DNA of 63,818 nt from an uncultured Candidatus Saccharibacteria bacterium (lineage in GTDB: Bacteria; Patescibacteriota; Minisyncoccia; Phycocordibacterales; CSBR16-119): the NCBI GenBank assembly GCA_964581035.1, contig CAZOLO010000004.1, positions 1 through 63,818 of the forward strand, in the 5' to 3' direction. The translations under genes and the position numbers were made by a program. Below, one piece after another: positions 27,255 through 36,031 of the stretch. Every line of letters starts with the position of its first letter. The first letter of the stretch is position 1. The notes below the pieces were generated by a model that was not told the origin of the DNA, did not search any database, and saw nothing but the letters and a program-made list of their open reading frames with translations.

Positions 27255-27481
27255 TATACTATACATGTGAAAAAACTAATTTCTCTCCTAAAAAAACTAA
27301 AACGACATCTGCCAAAACTTGCAGTAATTATTGCTATTGCTGGACTATCTACAGCAGGTGTAACCTATGCCCAATTTGCTAGACAAACAGGTTCTATCGG
27401 TTGGGGGTATGGTTATGGTTATGGATATGGTCTTGGTTATGGTTGGGATTCTGGTTTGAGTGCGGGGTATAGGAATGTGGT
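27255..27481 (+). repeat. Copy 2 of the 227-bp perfect direct repeat
   Basis: See 24658-24884. Confidence 0.9.
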
Positions 27482-29531
27482 TACCACAAGCGGTTCTTCA
27501 TCTTGGTCAAAACTTGAACAGGCAGAATTTACTGACGGGGCGGCAAAATATACAGATGTTGCAATTGCTCCAGACGGTACAACTTATATAGCTTACAGTG
27601 ACATGTCTTACACTGGTGCTTTGACTGTTGAGAAATATGTAAATGGCGCATGGACTTCGATAGGAACCGCAATTGCAGGAGGGGCCTCAATCTCCGAGAT
27701 TTCTATTGCGTTTAATAACTTTGGTACCCCTTACGTTTCTTTTAACAATGGTGGAGATTTAAGCGTCATGTACTACACCGGTGGAACTTCATGGAGTTAT
27801 GCTTCACCTTCAGATATTACTGGAGCAGCAACGGTGTATGTTTCAGATATGACTTTTGACAATACTAGTAATATGCCTAGTGTTGCATATAGAGACAGTA
27901 CTGGGGGGCTTTATGTCGCAACCTGGGATGGTGCTGGTGACTGGACTATTATTGGCGGAACATTTCTAACCGCTGATTCAAACAGCGACACTGTTAGTTT
28001 AGCTTTTGACTCAAATGACGTTCCTTATGTTGCTTATGCTGCCAGTCCATACGGTTATACCACTATTCAAAAATACTCAGAAGGATCTTGGTCTGTCGTT
28101 GGAGGGACATCTATCTCCGGATCTTATTCAACTTTTGTAGATCTTGTTATAGATTCAAATGATAATCTTTATATTGCTACTCATGATGGTGCGAGCGCTG
28201 TAGCAGTCTGGACTTCAACAGGAGGTTCCTGGGCTCGTATCTCTAGCCCGAGTACCTTTGATTCAAATACCCAGTATCCTTCTATTACAATTGATTATGA
28301 AGATAATGTTTATCTTGCCTACACTAATACAGCATTTCGTTTGTCAGTCCAAAAATACAGTGGCTCTGGAACAGATTGGGAGTATGTAGCCTCTAACATT
28401 TCAGCTCAACTACCTGACCATATCTCTCTTGCTGCTAGTCCAGATACAAGTAGTATTTATGTTGGATATCAGGACGGGGTACCTCTTGGCGGGGCTACTG
28501 TTCAAGTGTATGAGTCTACAGAGTCCACTTCTGACGCTTCTTCGTATCTTTATGGCTACGGCTACGGCTACATGAACCCAAACTCTACCTCTGGTACAGA
28601 AATATCATGGGATCCGTCTATCACCGCATTTCGCGTCTCTTCATCGGCGATAGGTCAACCAATTGTAGACGCTGGAATCCTTGTTCCAAATTCAAACGAT
28701 TCATCAAGTGCAACCTCTGCAGAATTTCTGTTTGACGTTGTTGCCCTATCAGATGATTTGAATAGCGCGGTTATTTTTGACGGTATAATTCTATCTGCCA
28801 GCAGCTCTTTCGATCTCGCAGATCTAAACTTTACGGACCTTTCAAGCGCCTCTATCTCTGGGCAAGATTTTCTTGGTGGTTTTAGTTTTGGAAATGCATC
28901 AGAGGATCTAACTTCTAATGAAGCCATCACTCTTTATCTAAACGTCGGCTCACAATATGACGGAGAAACTCTCAATGTTTACCATCTTTCACCAAGCGCT
29001 TCAGACTGGAGCATCCTTACAACATGTGAAGTCGGTCTAGAGACAAGCGGTTACTGTGTATTCACCGCAACCTCTTTCTCATCATTCGCCGCAACAACAT
29101 CAACAGCCACAGAAGAAACCGGGGGTGGTAGTGACTCAGGTAATAGCGGAAGTGGTGGAGGAGGATATCCAGATGGTTACTTTGATGATGTGGTTGATCA
29201 AAATACAGACCCTGCACCAACAGAAGAAATACCATATACTCAAGAACCTAACACAAACCCGGTAACCCCAACTTATTCAAACAATTCAAACACTGGAAAC
29301 ATTCAAACAACAGAAACTCCACAGATAGGAGTTAATTTCCCTGATGATTTAATTATCACTTCTACTTCAACAGAAGAAACATCAGATATTACAAATCCTT
29401 CACAAGATAAGGATGTTCAAATCAACAACAGTCAATGTGGAAAGTGGTGTTGGTTCTGGATTGGATGGGGAAGTGGAGCTGTATTTTGGTTGGTTGTTCA
29501 TCTTATTTTTGAAAGAAGGAGAAATTATTAA
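27267..29531 (+). CDS. Large cell-surface protein, paralog 2 (754 aa), same architecture with a C-terminal Trp-rich TM anchor
   Basis: First 72 aa are identical to paralog 1. Propeller-like repeats, YGYGYGYM, GGGGYPDGYFDDV. C-terminal WCWFWIGWGSGAVFWLVVHLIF-ERRRNY. Confidence 0.85.
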   Translation: MKKLISLLKKLKRHLPKLAVIIAIAGLSTAGVTYAQFARQTGSIGWGYGYGYGYGLGYGWDSGLSAGYRNVVTTSGSSSWSKLEQAEFTDGAAKYTDVAIAPDGTTYIAYSDMSYTGALTVEKYVNGAWTSIGTAIAGGASISEISIAFNNFGTPYVSFNNGGDLSVMYYTGGTSWSYASPSDITGAATVYVSDMTFDNTSNMPSVAYRDSTGGLYVATWDGAGDWTIIGGTFLTADSNSDTVSLAFDSNDVPYVAYAASPYGYTTIQKYSEGSWSVVGGTSISGSYSTFVDLVIDSNDNLYIATHDGASAVAVWTSTGGSWARISSPSTFDSNTQYPSITIDYEDNVYLAYTNTAFRLSVQKYSGSGTDWEYVASNISAQLPDHISLAASPDTSSIYVGYQDGVPLGGATVQVYESTESTSDASSYLYGYGYGYMNPNSTSGTEISWDPSITAFRVSSSAIGQPIVDAGILVPNSNDSSSATSAEFLFDVVALSDDLNSAVIFDGIILSASSSFDLADLNFTDLSSASISGQDFLGGFSFGNASEDLTSNEAITLYLNVGSQYDGETLNVYHLSPSASDWSILTTCEVGLETSGYCVFTATSFSSFAATTSTATEETGGGSDSGNSGSGGGGYPDGYFDDVVDQNTDPAPTEEIPYTQEPNTNPVTPTYSNNSNTGNIQTTETPQIGVNFPDDLIITSTSTEETSDITNPSQDKDVQINNSQCGKWCWFWIGWGSGAVFWLVVHLIFERRRNY

Positions 29532-29585
29532 AAGATTTCCCCGTTCTCGAAAACATATATTATTCATCTCTGGTAAAATATAATC

Positions 29586-32066
29586 ATGATTAAATTGAAT
29601 AATTTTTATTCAAAGCTAAAACCACTCATTCCAAAGATTGGTGTATTTTTGGCGGTCCTAACTCTGTCAATCTCAAGCATTGCCTACGCTCAATTCGCTA
29701 GACAAACTGGTTCTATTGGTTGGGGATATGGATATGGTTACGGATACGGACTTGGGTATGGTTGGGATTCTGGGCTGAGTGCGGGGTATAGGAGTGTGCC
29801 GAGTGCATGGTCTCTTACTGGAGAATCTGTTCTTGTTGGAATATTCCCAAGTAATGACACTTCTACGGCCGTAGCTACAGATGGCACTGTATATGTTGCT
29901 TACCCAAGCTCAATCACTGATGGTTATCGACCATTTCTGAAGAAATATTCAAATGGGTCTTGGTCAACAGTCGGTGGTACGTATCTTGCTAATACCAGCT
30001 CTGGTGTTCTTTCTCTTGCAATTTCACCCACAACAGATGTCCCCTATGTTGCTTTTGCTGATGGAGAGAATGGTAATAGGTTAACGGTCATGAAGTATGA
30101 GGATGATATTTGGTCAGTTGTTGGATCAGAACTTATATCTACCGGTAGCGCTAATGATATAGATCTACTTGTAGCTCCAAATGGAATACCTGCTGTTGCA
30201 TATTATGATGGCACCACAGATCGTGCTGCGGTGCAGTACTATTATGGAAGTTCATGGATTGATATCAGCCCAGGGGCTTCAGATGGAGGGATTTCAAAAA
30301 TATCAATATCTATAGACTCTGCTGGAGTACCTGTTTATATTTCGTATGTTGATACCTATAATGGATCAGGTATCACTGCAATGCAGTATAGTGGTTCTGG
30401 GTGGAGTGGTATGGGGGCAAGAAGTTTTACTTCTGGGGTTGCGTATGATGTATCAATGGCAGTTGATTCAAATAATGTTCCATATATTGCCTTTAAGGAT
30501 GATGCAGGTTACGCAAGTGTTGTGTCTTGGAATGGATCATCTTGGGTTAGTGTTGGCCCTGAATCATTCTCAGATGGACTGGCTGTGGAATTTAATCTTG
30601 CCATGGATTCAGATACTCCATATATTAGTTATATAGATTATGGAAATAATAGATATTTAACTGTTCAGAAATATATTAATGGATCTTGGCAAGATGTTGG
30701 GGATCCGGGTTTTGTTGAAGGAAGATATAGCTCTTTAGCAATAAGCCCTGGTGGGACACCTTACTTGGCATATCTTAGTCTAGAGAATGGAGGGATTGGG
30801 GTTCAAGAGTACTCTAGTGATTCTTCTGATGCATCATTAAATAGTTACGGCTATGGCTACGGCTACATGGTTGATTGGTATAGTAACGGATCAAGTATAT
30901 CCTGGGTTCCTGGAAGCAGTAGATACGAAGTATCTGGAGAAGACATGGGTGTATCAGTAGTTAGCGCAGGTCTCATGATCCCAAATACTTCAAGCATCGA
31001 AGCTGCAACAGCTATTAGCTTCCCATATCCTTTATATGTAGATATGGGTGATACAAATATCACAATTAATGCTGGAACTATAATGACGGCGGCAACTACA
31101 ACAAACTTCCTAACCATCGGAGGTGACGAGAGTGCCGATCTGACTAACCTTCCCTCTGATCAAACATCAGTAGCCTCTCTAGATTTTGGTCTTCCGTCGC
31201 TTGGTCTTACTATTTCACCAGCAGTTACTATTTCTCGAAATGTTGGATCTTCATACAACGGTGAGGAGCTAAATATATATCACCGTACACCAGGAGAAAG
31301 TACTTGGACTCTTCTTGGAACATGTACTGTAGCTTCTAGCATATGCTCTTTTACCACAACTCAACTTTCATCTTTTGCTGTAACTCAGACCACAACCACC
31401 ACAACATCAAGCTCTTCTAACGGAGGTTCTGGTGGAGGAGGATATCCAGATGGCTACTTTGATGATGTGGTTGAACCAAATAGCTCAGATAACACAAGCA
31501 ACAGCAACGGAAGTTCTTGCCAGCCGACAAATTACACATACACAAGAAATCTTAAGATTAATTATGTAGGTCAAGATGTTTTAGAATTGCAAAAGACTCT
31601 AAACAACAACGACTTTATTATCGGCACAACAGGAAATGGTTCTCCGGGAAATGAATCTACCTACTTTGGTCAGGCAACCGAGTACGCAGTTAAATCACTT
31701 CAATCATTTTACAATCTAGTTTCAGACGGAATAGTTGGTTCAGGTACAGGATCTGTTATTGAATCTCTAGCTAACTGCGAAAATGTTGTAATAGAAGATC
31801 AAGAGATAATCCCTGAAGTTCCACAAGACCAAGAGCTCGTAGCTACGAACCCAGATGAAATTCAAGAGGGTGGGGATGATGAATCATCTGTTCCTGTTAT
31901 CTCAGGTAGTGATAAAGACTATGAATATGAAAAGGTCTTTATTGATCCAATTAAAGAAAATCAAAAGGATAATAAAAACAAAAATAGAAACACACTATTC
32001 TTCTTTATAGGATTAATAGGAGCATCAATATCTCTTTTCTTGATTAGATCTCTAAAGAAAAAATAG
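29586..32066 (+). CDS. Large cell-surface protein, paralog 3 (826 aa), with PG_binding_1-like domain and C-terminal TM anchor
   Basis: Same QFARQTGSIGWGYGYGYGYGLGYGWDSGLSAGYR block, but encoded with many synonymous differences. Repeats present. GGGGYPDGYFDDV. VGQDVLELQKTLN...ATEYAVKSLQSFYNLVSDGIVGSGT. TM helix LFFFIGLIGASISLFLI-RSLKKK. Confidence 0.85.
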   Translation: MIKLNNFYSKLKPLIPKIGVFLAVLTLSISSIAYAQFARQTGSIGWGYGYGYGYGLGYGWDSGLSAGYRSVPSAWSLTGESVLVGIFPSNDTSTAVATDGTVYVAYPSSITDGYRPFLKKYSNGSWSTVGGTYLANTSSGVLSLAISPTTDVPYVAFADGENGNRLTVMKYEDDIWSVVGSELISTGSANDIDLLVAPNGIPAVAYYDGTTDRAAVQYYYGSSWIDISPGASDGGISKISISIDSAGVPVYISYVDTYNGSGITAMQYSGSGWSGMGARSFTSGVAYDVSMAVDSNNVPYIAFKDDAGYASVVSWNGSSWVSVGPESFSDGLAVEFNLAMDSDTPYISYIDYGNNRYLTVQKYINGSWQDVGDPGFVEGRYSSLAISPGGTPYLAYLSLENGGIGVQEYSSDSSDASLNSYGYGYGYMVDWYSNGSSISWVPGSSRYEVSGEDMGVSVVSAGLMIPNTSSIEAATAISFPYPLYVDMGDTNITINAGTIMTAATTTNFLTIGGDESADLTNLPSDQTSVASLDFGLPSLGLTISPAVTISRNVGSSYNGEELNIYHRTPGESTWTLLGTCTVASSICSFTTTQLSSFAVTQTTTTTTSSSSNGGSGGGGYPDGYFDDVVEPNSSDNTSNSNGSSCQPTNYTYTRNLKINYVGQDVLELQKTLNNNDFIIGTTGNGSPGNESTYFGQATEYAVKSLQSFYNLVSDGIVGSGTGSVIESLANCENVVIEDQEIIPEVPQDQELVATNPDEIQEGGDDESSVPVISGSDKDYEYEKVFIDPIKENQKDNKNKNRNTLFFFIGLIGASISLFLIRSLKKK

Positions 32067-32074
32067 TCTATATT

Positions 32075-32102
32075 AAAAAACCAGATAAAAGTCTGGTTTT
32101 TT
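32075..32102 (+). terminator. Terminator after paralog 3 (AAAAAACCAGA-loop-TCTGGTTTTTT)
   Basis: Hairpin plus T-run, related in sequence to 27225-27252. Confidence 0.7.
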
Positions 32103-32177
32103 AATATCTCTGGTAGATAGCCCTGCTATATGATTCAATTCCGTTTATTTGAAGGTTGTGGTAGTATTACTCTCATA

Positions 32178-32927
32178 ATGAAAGACAAAAGACTATATTT
32201 ATACGGGGGACACTCTGTAAAAGAGCTCATACAATCACACGCCAAGATAATCACTCGGTTGTATATTCGTGATACTTTGGAGAAGAATACACTAGACGGC
32301 TTCCGAGAATTAGCCAAAATTGCAAAAATACCTTTTAGTGTTGTTTCTGGAAAAGATATCAATCGATATGTTGGTGATGTAAATGATCAGGGTGTTGTTG
32401 CTTTGGTATCAAAATTTCCTTATACAGATTTAGAGGAATTTGTTGAGAATATAAATATCAAAAAGAACCCATCAGTCATCATCATGGATTCCCTTGAAGA
32501 CCCTCATAATGTGGGAGCTATAATTAGAACAGCGGCTGGGCTTGGTGCTTCTGCTGTTATTATTCCAAAAGATAATCAAGTTTCTATAACTCAAACTGTT
32601 TTTAAGGTGTCTGCAGGTGCTGTAAATCACATTCCCATAATACAAGCTGGTTCTCTTACAAAAGCTATGAATCTTCTGAAGAAAAAAGGGTTCTGGTTTG
32701 GAGTTCTAGATAAAAGTAGTAAGAAGGAGGATAGTCTTTTTTCACACTCTTTTAAGGCACCGACCGCATTTATTGTTGGAAATGAAGGTAAGGGTGTAAA
32801 GACTTCTATAAGAAATGAATCTGATTTTGTTGTTTCTATTCCAATTTCAGAAAAAGTGGAAAGCTATAACGCCTCTGTTTCTTTAGCTATAGTTCTGTAT
32901 GAGTGGAGGAGACAGAACAAGAAATAA
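32178..32927 (+). CDS. rlmB: TrmH/SpoU family RNA 2'-O-methyltransferase (RlmB-like)
   Basis: N-terminal substrate-binding-type LYGGHSVKELIQS. SpoU motifs DPHNVGAIIRTA, FIVGNEGKGV, IPISEKVESYNASVSLAIVLYE. Start set to the ATG at 32178. Confidence 0.8.
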   Translation: MKDKRLYLYGGHSVKELIQSHAKIITRLYIRDTLEKNTLDGFRELAKIAKIPFSVVSGKDINRYVGDVNDQGVVALVSKFPYTDLEEFVENINIKKNPSVIIMDSLEDPHNVGAIIRTAAGLGASAVIIPKDNQVSITQTVFKVSAGAVNHIPIIQAGSLTKAMNLLKKKGFWFGVLDKSSKKEDSLFSHSFKAPTAFIVGNEGKGVKTSIRNESDFVVSIPISEKVESYNASVSLAIVLYEWRRQNKK

Positions 32928-32938
32928 TTTATGTTATC

Positions 32939-33793
32939 ATGAGTTCTATGGAAGAAATATTTTATAATTCAATATTGCCTTGGCTTAAGGTGGAAGGGGT
33001 TGGGATTCTTATAATTCTAATTTCTGTTTTTCTTGTAAAAAGATTTGGTCACATGGTTATAGAAAAAATTGTTAGAAGATCAGTTCATCGTGAAGCTTTC
33101 GGAACTGATGAAGATGAAAAAGCTAGAGAAGATACTCTTATACAGATTTTAGACGGATTCATTGGAGTTCTTGTTTGGGTTATGGCTGTGATGATGATAT
33201 TGGCTTCACTAGGTGCAAATATCGCACCGCTTTTGGCTGGAGCAGGACTTGTTGGTGTAGCGGTTGGTTTTGGTGCTCAGTATATTGTAAGAGACTTAAT
33301 TACTGGTCTATTTATTATTCTTGAAAATCAATACAGAGTAGGTGACGTGGTTTGCTTAGATGGAACATGTGGTTCTGTGGAGAGAGTGACATTAAGAACA
33401 ACGGTCCTTAGAGATCTAGACGGAGAAGTGCATCATGTGCCTAATGGTGAGATAAAGAGAACCACAAATAAATCTATGTATTGGTCAAGAGTAAATCTTG
33501 TAGTTGGTGTTTCTTATGAAGCAGATCTTGATAAGGTGGAAAGGGTTATAAATGAAATTGGTCAGTCTTTGGTGGATGATCCTGAATGGAAAGACAAGAT
33601 CATTGAGACTCCTAAATTCCTTAGAGTTAACAAGCTAAATGATTCATCTGTTGATATTAGAATACTTGGTATGACAGCTTCAGATCAACAATGGGCTGTA
33701 ACAGGAGAGCTTAGAAGGAGAATTAAAAATACCTTTGATAAGGAGGGAATAGAGATTCCTTATCCTCAAAGAGTTATCCATACCAAAAAATAA
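32939..33793 (+). CDS. mscS: Small-conductance mechanosensitive channel (MscS family)
   Basis: Three TM helices followed by GAQYIVRDLITGLFIILENQYRVGDVV...G.VERVTLRTTVLRDLDGEVHHVPNGEI. Start taken at ATG 32939 (GTG 32903 possible). Confidence 0.85.
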   Translation: MSSMEEIFYNSILPWLKVEGVGILIILISVFLVKRFGHMVIEKIVRRSVHREAFGTDEDEKAREDTLIQILDGFIGVLVWVMAVMMILASLGANIAPLLAGAGLVGVAVGFGAQYIVRDLITGLFIILENQYRVGDVVCLDGTCGSVERVTLRTTVLRDLDGEVHHVPNGEIKRTTNKSMYWSRVNLVVGVSYEADLDKVERVINEIGQSLVDDPEWKDKIIETPKFLRVNKLNDSSVDIRILGMTASDQQWAVTGELRRRIKNTFDKEGIEIPYPQRVIHTKK

Positions 33794-33852
33794 TTTTACA
33801 CAAAAAAGCATCAACAAGGTGCTTTTTTCTTTGGTATACTGTATTCATATAT

Positions 33853-36030
33853 ATGAGCGACAATAGTCTTAGTAAAGTTACATACATGGGCGAAGCAGAT
33901 TTCCGCAACAAGCGGACTCGTTTTGGTATAAAAAATATAGATCGTGCTAGGCACATGTATGTTATTGGAAAAACTGGTATGGGTAAATCTACTCTTTTGG
34001 AAAACATGGCCGCTCAGGATATTCAGAATGGAGCTGGGATTTGTTTTGTAGACCCCCACGGTTCCTCTGCAGAACTTCTTTTGGAATATGTTCCAGAAGA
34101 GAGAATTAGAGATGTTTTGTACTTTGCCCCCTTTGATACTGAGTACCCCATAGCCTTCAATCCACTAGAAGATGTAGATCCAGACAAGAGGCACTTGGTT
34201 GCCAGTGGGTTGATGTCAGCTTTCAAGAAGATTTGGGTTGACTCATTCTCTGCTCGTATGGAGTACATTCTTTCTAATACAATCCTTGGTCTTCTAGAGA
34301 CCCCTGGTTCTACTCTTCTATCTGTTAACAGAATGCTAGTAGAGAAGGAATTCAGAAAAACAATAGTCGATAATATTACCGATCCCACAGTAAAGGCCTT
34401 TTGGGTGGATGAATATGAAAAATGGGATGATAGATATCGAAAGGAGGCAGGGGCCTCAATTCAAAACAAAGTTGGTCAGTTCGTCTCAAATCCATTGATT
34501 AGAAATATTGTTGGTCAACCAAAATCTTCTTTTAATCTAAGAGATATGATGGACAACAAGAAGATAATTATTGTTAACCTTTCAAAGGGGCAAATTGGTG
34601 AAGAGAACGCCGGTCTTCTTGGTGGTATGTTTATTACAAACCTTTACCTTGCAGCCATGAGCCGTGCTGATCTTGATAGGGCTGAAATGGATGCACTTCC
34701 ACCATTTTATTTCTACGTTGATGAGTTTCAGTCTTTTGCCAATGAATCTTTTGCCGATATTCTTTCTGAAGCTAGAAAATATAAACTAGCTCTTACAATG
34801 GCGCACCAGTATGTAGCTCAGATGCCAGATGAGGTTCGAGAGGCTATATTTGGTAACGTAGGATCCATGGTTGTGTTTCGTGTTGGACCAGGAGATGCTG
34901 AACATTTTGCCAGAGAATTTGCACCAGTTTTTGTTGAGCAAGACATTGTAAATATTGGGCGCTTCCAATACTACCTTAGGCTAATGATTGATGGTATGGG
35001 GTCTAATCCATTTTCTGCTGTAGGATTTCCTCCTCTTGATAAGCCTGCTTCTTCAAACAAGAGAGCTGTGGTTGAGATGTCCAGAGATAGATTCTCAGCT
35101 AAAAGAGAAGATGTAAATAATAGAATTAATGAATGGTATATACCTATCCCCTCTGAGAAGGATAAAGAACACCAAGCATATATTGAAAAAAAGAAAAAGG
35201 AATTTGCTGCTCAAGGTAAAGAATGGGTAGATTTTTCAAAGGCTCCAGAAAAGAAAGAAGAGTATGAGAAGAAAAAATTTAGTAATGACTTTAAAAAACC
35301 CTATCAAAAGCCAGCAGAGAAGACTTTTGAAAAAAAGTTTGTAAAAAAAGATTTTAAGCCAAAACCTAAGGATGAGACTATTAATAAAAGTAGCTACAAA
35401 GAGGCATCTTTGTCACCAAAATTAATGGATCTGTTAGACGCCGTAGAAAGTGGAAATGCTAAACCTGTTCAAGATAATTCAGAGAATGGTTCTGAAAAAG
35501 ATAGTAAGGTTTCCTTATCTGAATTTAAAGCTAACCCACCCAAAAAAATCCTAGACAGAAAAGCTTCTACGGAGAAGGTTTCTTCTCTTAAGGAAGCTTT
35601 GATGAAGGCGGGTATCGCTAAAGATGATAAAGAGTCTAAGGTTGAAGAAAAATCAAAATCTGATGATAAAATTAAAGTTAATACACTTAAAAAACCGGAA
35701 GAAATAAAAGAGCCTAAGGCTGAGATTTTTAAGGAAAAGAAGGAAGGGAATAGAGTGTTCACACCATCTGCGATTTCAAGACCAAAAGAATCAAATGAAA
35801 GCAATATTAAGAAAGATATCTCTGTTGTAGAAAAAAAAGAAGACTTAGCGCTTAAAGAACCCATTACTTCAAAGCCTAAGAAAGACGAGGTTCTTATCAA
35901 TGCTCCTGAACCTCAGAAGGCCCCTGAGAAGAATTATGCTCCAGAAATAAGAGTGGAAGCACCTCCCGCGCCACCACAAACAGCAAAATTTTCTCCAGAT
36001 GAATTATTAGAAGCCATACTCAAGGATTAG
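33853..36030 (+). CDS. Soluble P-loop NTPase of the TraD/TraG/VirD4 (type IV coupling protein-like) family with a ~290-aa Lys/Glu-rich low-complexity tail
   Basis: Walker A VIGKTGMGKSTLL followed by CFVDPHG. Walker B/TraG-D_C-like FYFYVDEFQSFANESFADILSEARKYKLALTMAHQYVAQM. No N-terminal TM helices. Tail runs from about aa 430. Confidence 0.8.
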   Translation: MSDNSLSKVTYMGEADFRNKRTRFGIKNIDRARHMYVIGKTGMGKSTLLENMAAQDIQNGAGICFVDPHGSSAELLLEYVPEERIRDVLYFAPFDTEYPIAFNPLEDVDPDKRHLVASGLMSAFKKIWVDSFSARMEYILSNTILGLLETPGSTLLSVNRMLVEKEFRKTIVDNITDPTVKAFWVDEYEKWDDRYRKEAGASIQNKVGQFVSNPLIRNIVGQPKSSFNLRDMMDNKKIIIVNLSKGQIGEENAGLLGGMFITNLYLAAMSRADLDRAEMDALPPFYFYVDEFQSFANESFADILSEARKYKLALTMAHQYVAQMPDEVREAIFGNVGSMVVFRVGPGDAEHFAREFAPVFVEQDIVNIGRFQYYLRLMIDGMGSNPFSAVGFPPLDKPASSNKRAVVEMSRDRFSAKREDVNNRINEWYIPIPSEKDKEHQAYIEKKKKEFAAQGKEWVDFSKAPEKKEEYEKKKFSNDFKKPYQKPAEKTFEKKFVKKDFKPKPKDETINKSSYKEASLSPKLMDLLDAVESGNAKPVQDNSENGSEKDSKVSLSEFKANPPKKILDRKASTEKVSSLKEALMKAGIAKDDKESKVEEKSKSDDKIKVNTLKKPEEIKEPKAEIFKEKKEGNRVFTPSAISRPKESNESNIKKDISVVEKKEDLALKEPITSKPKKDEVLINAPEPQKAPEKNYAPEIRVEAPPAPPQTAKFSPDELLEAILKD

Positions 36031-36031
36031 C

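Noticed and set aside
24670-32066. Diversity-generating retroelement targeting the variable cores of the surface paralogs
   Set aside because: There is no reverse transcriptase gene and no template/variable repeat pair with adenine-specific mismatches. The divergence is spread over whole repeat units.
35140-36030. The Lys/Glu-rich 3' third of the TraD-like gene as a separate gene or a tandem DNA repeat
   Set aside because: The frame is continuous with the ATPase domain and has no internal start context. The repetitiveness is compositional (K/E/P codons) rather than an exact nucleotide repeat.
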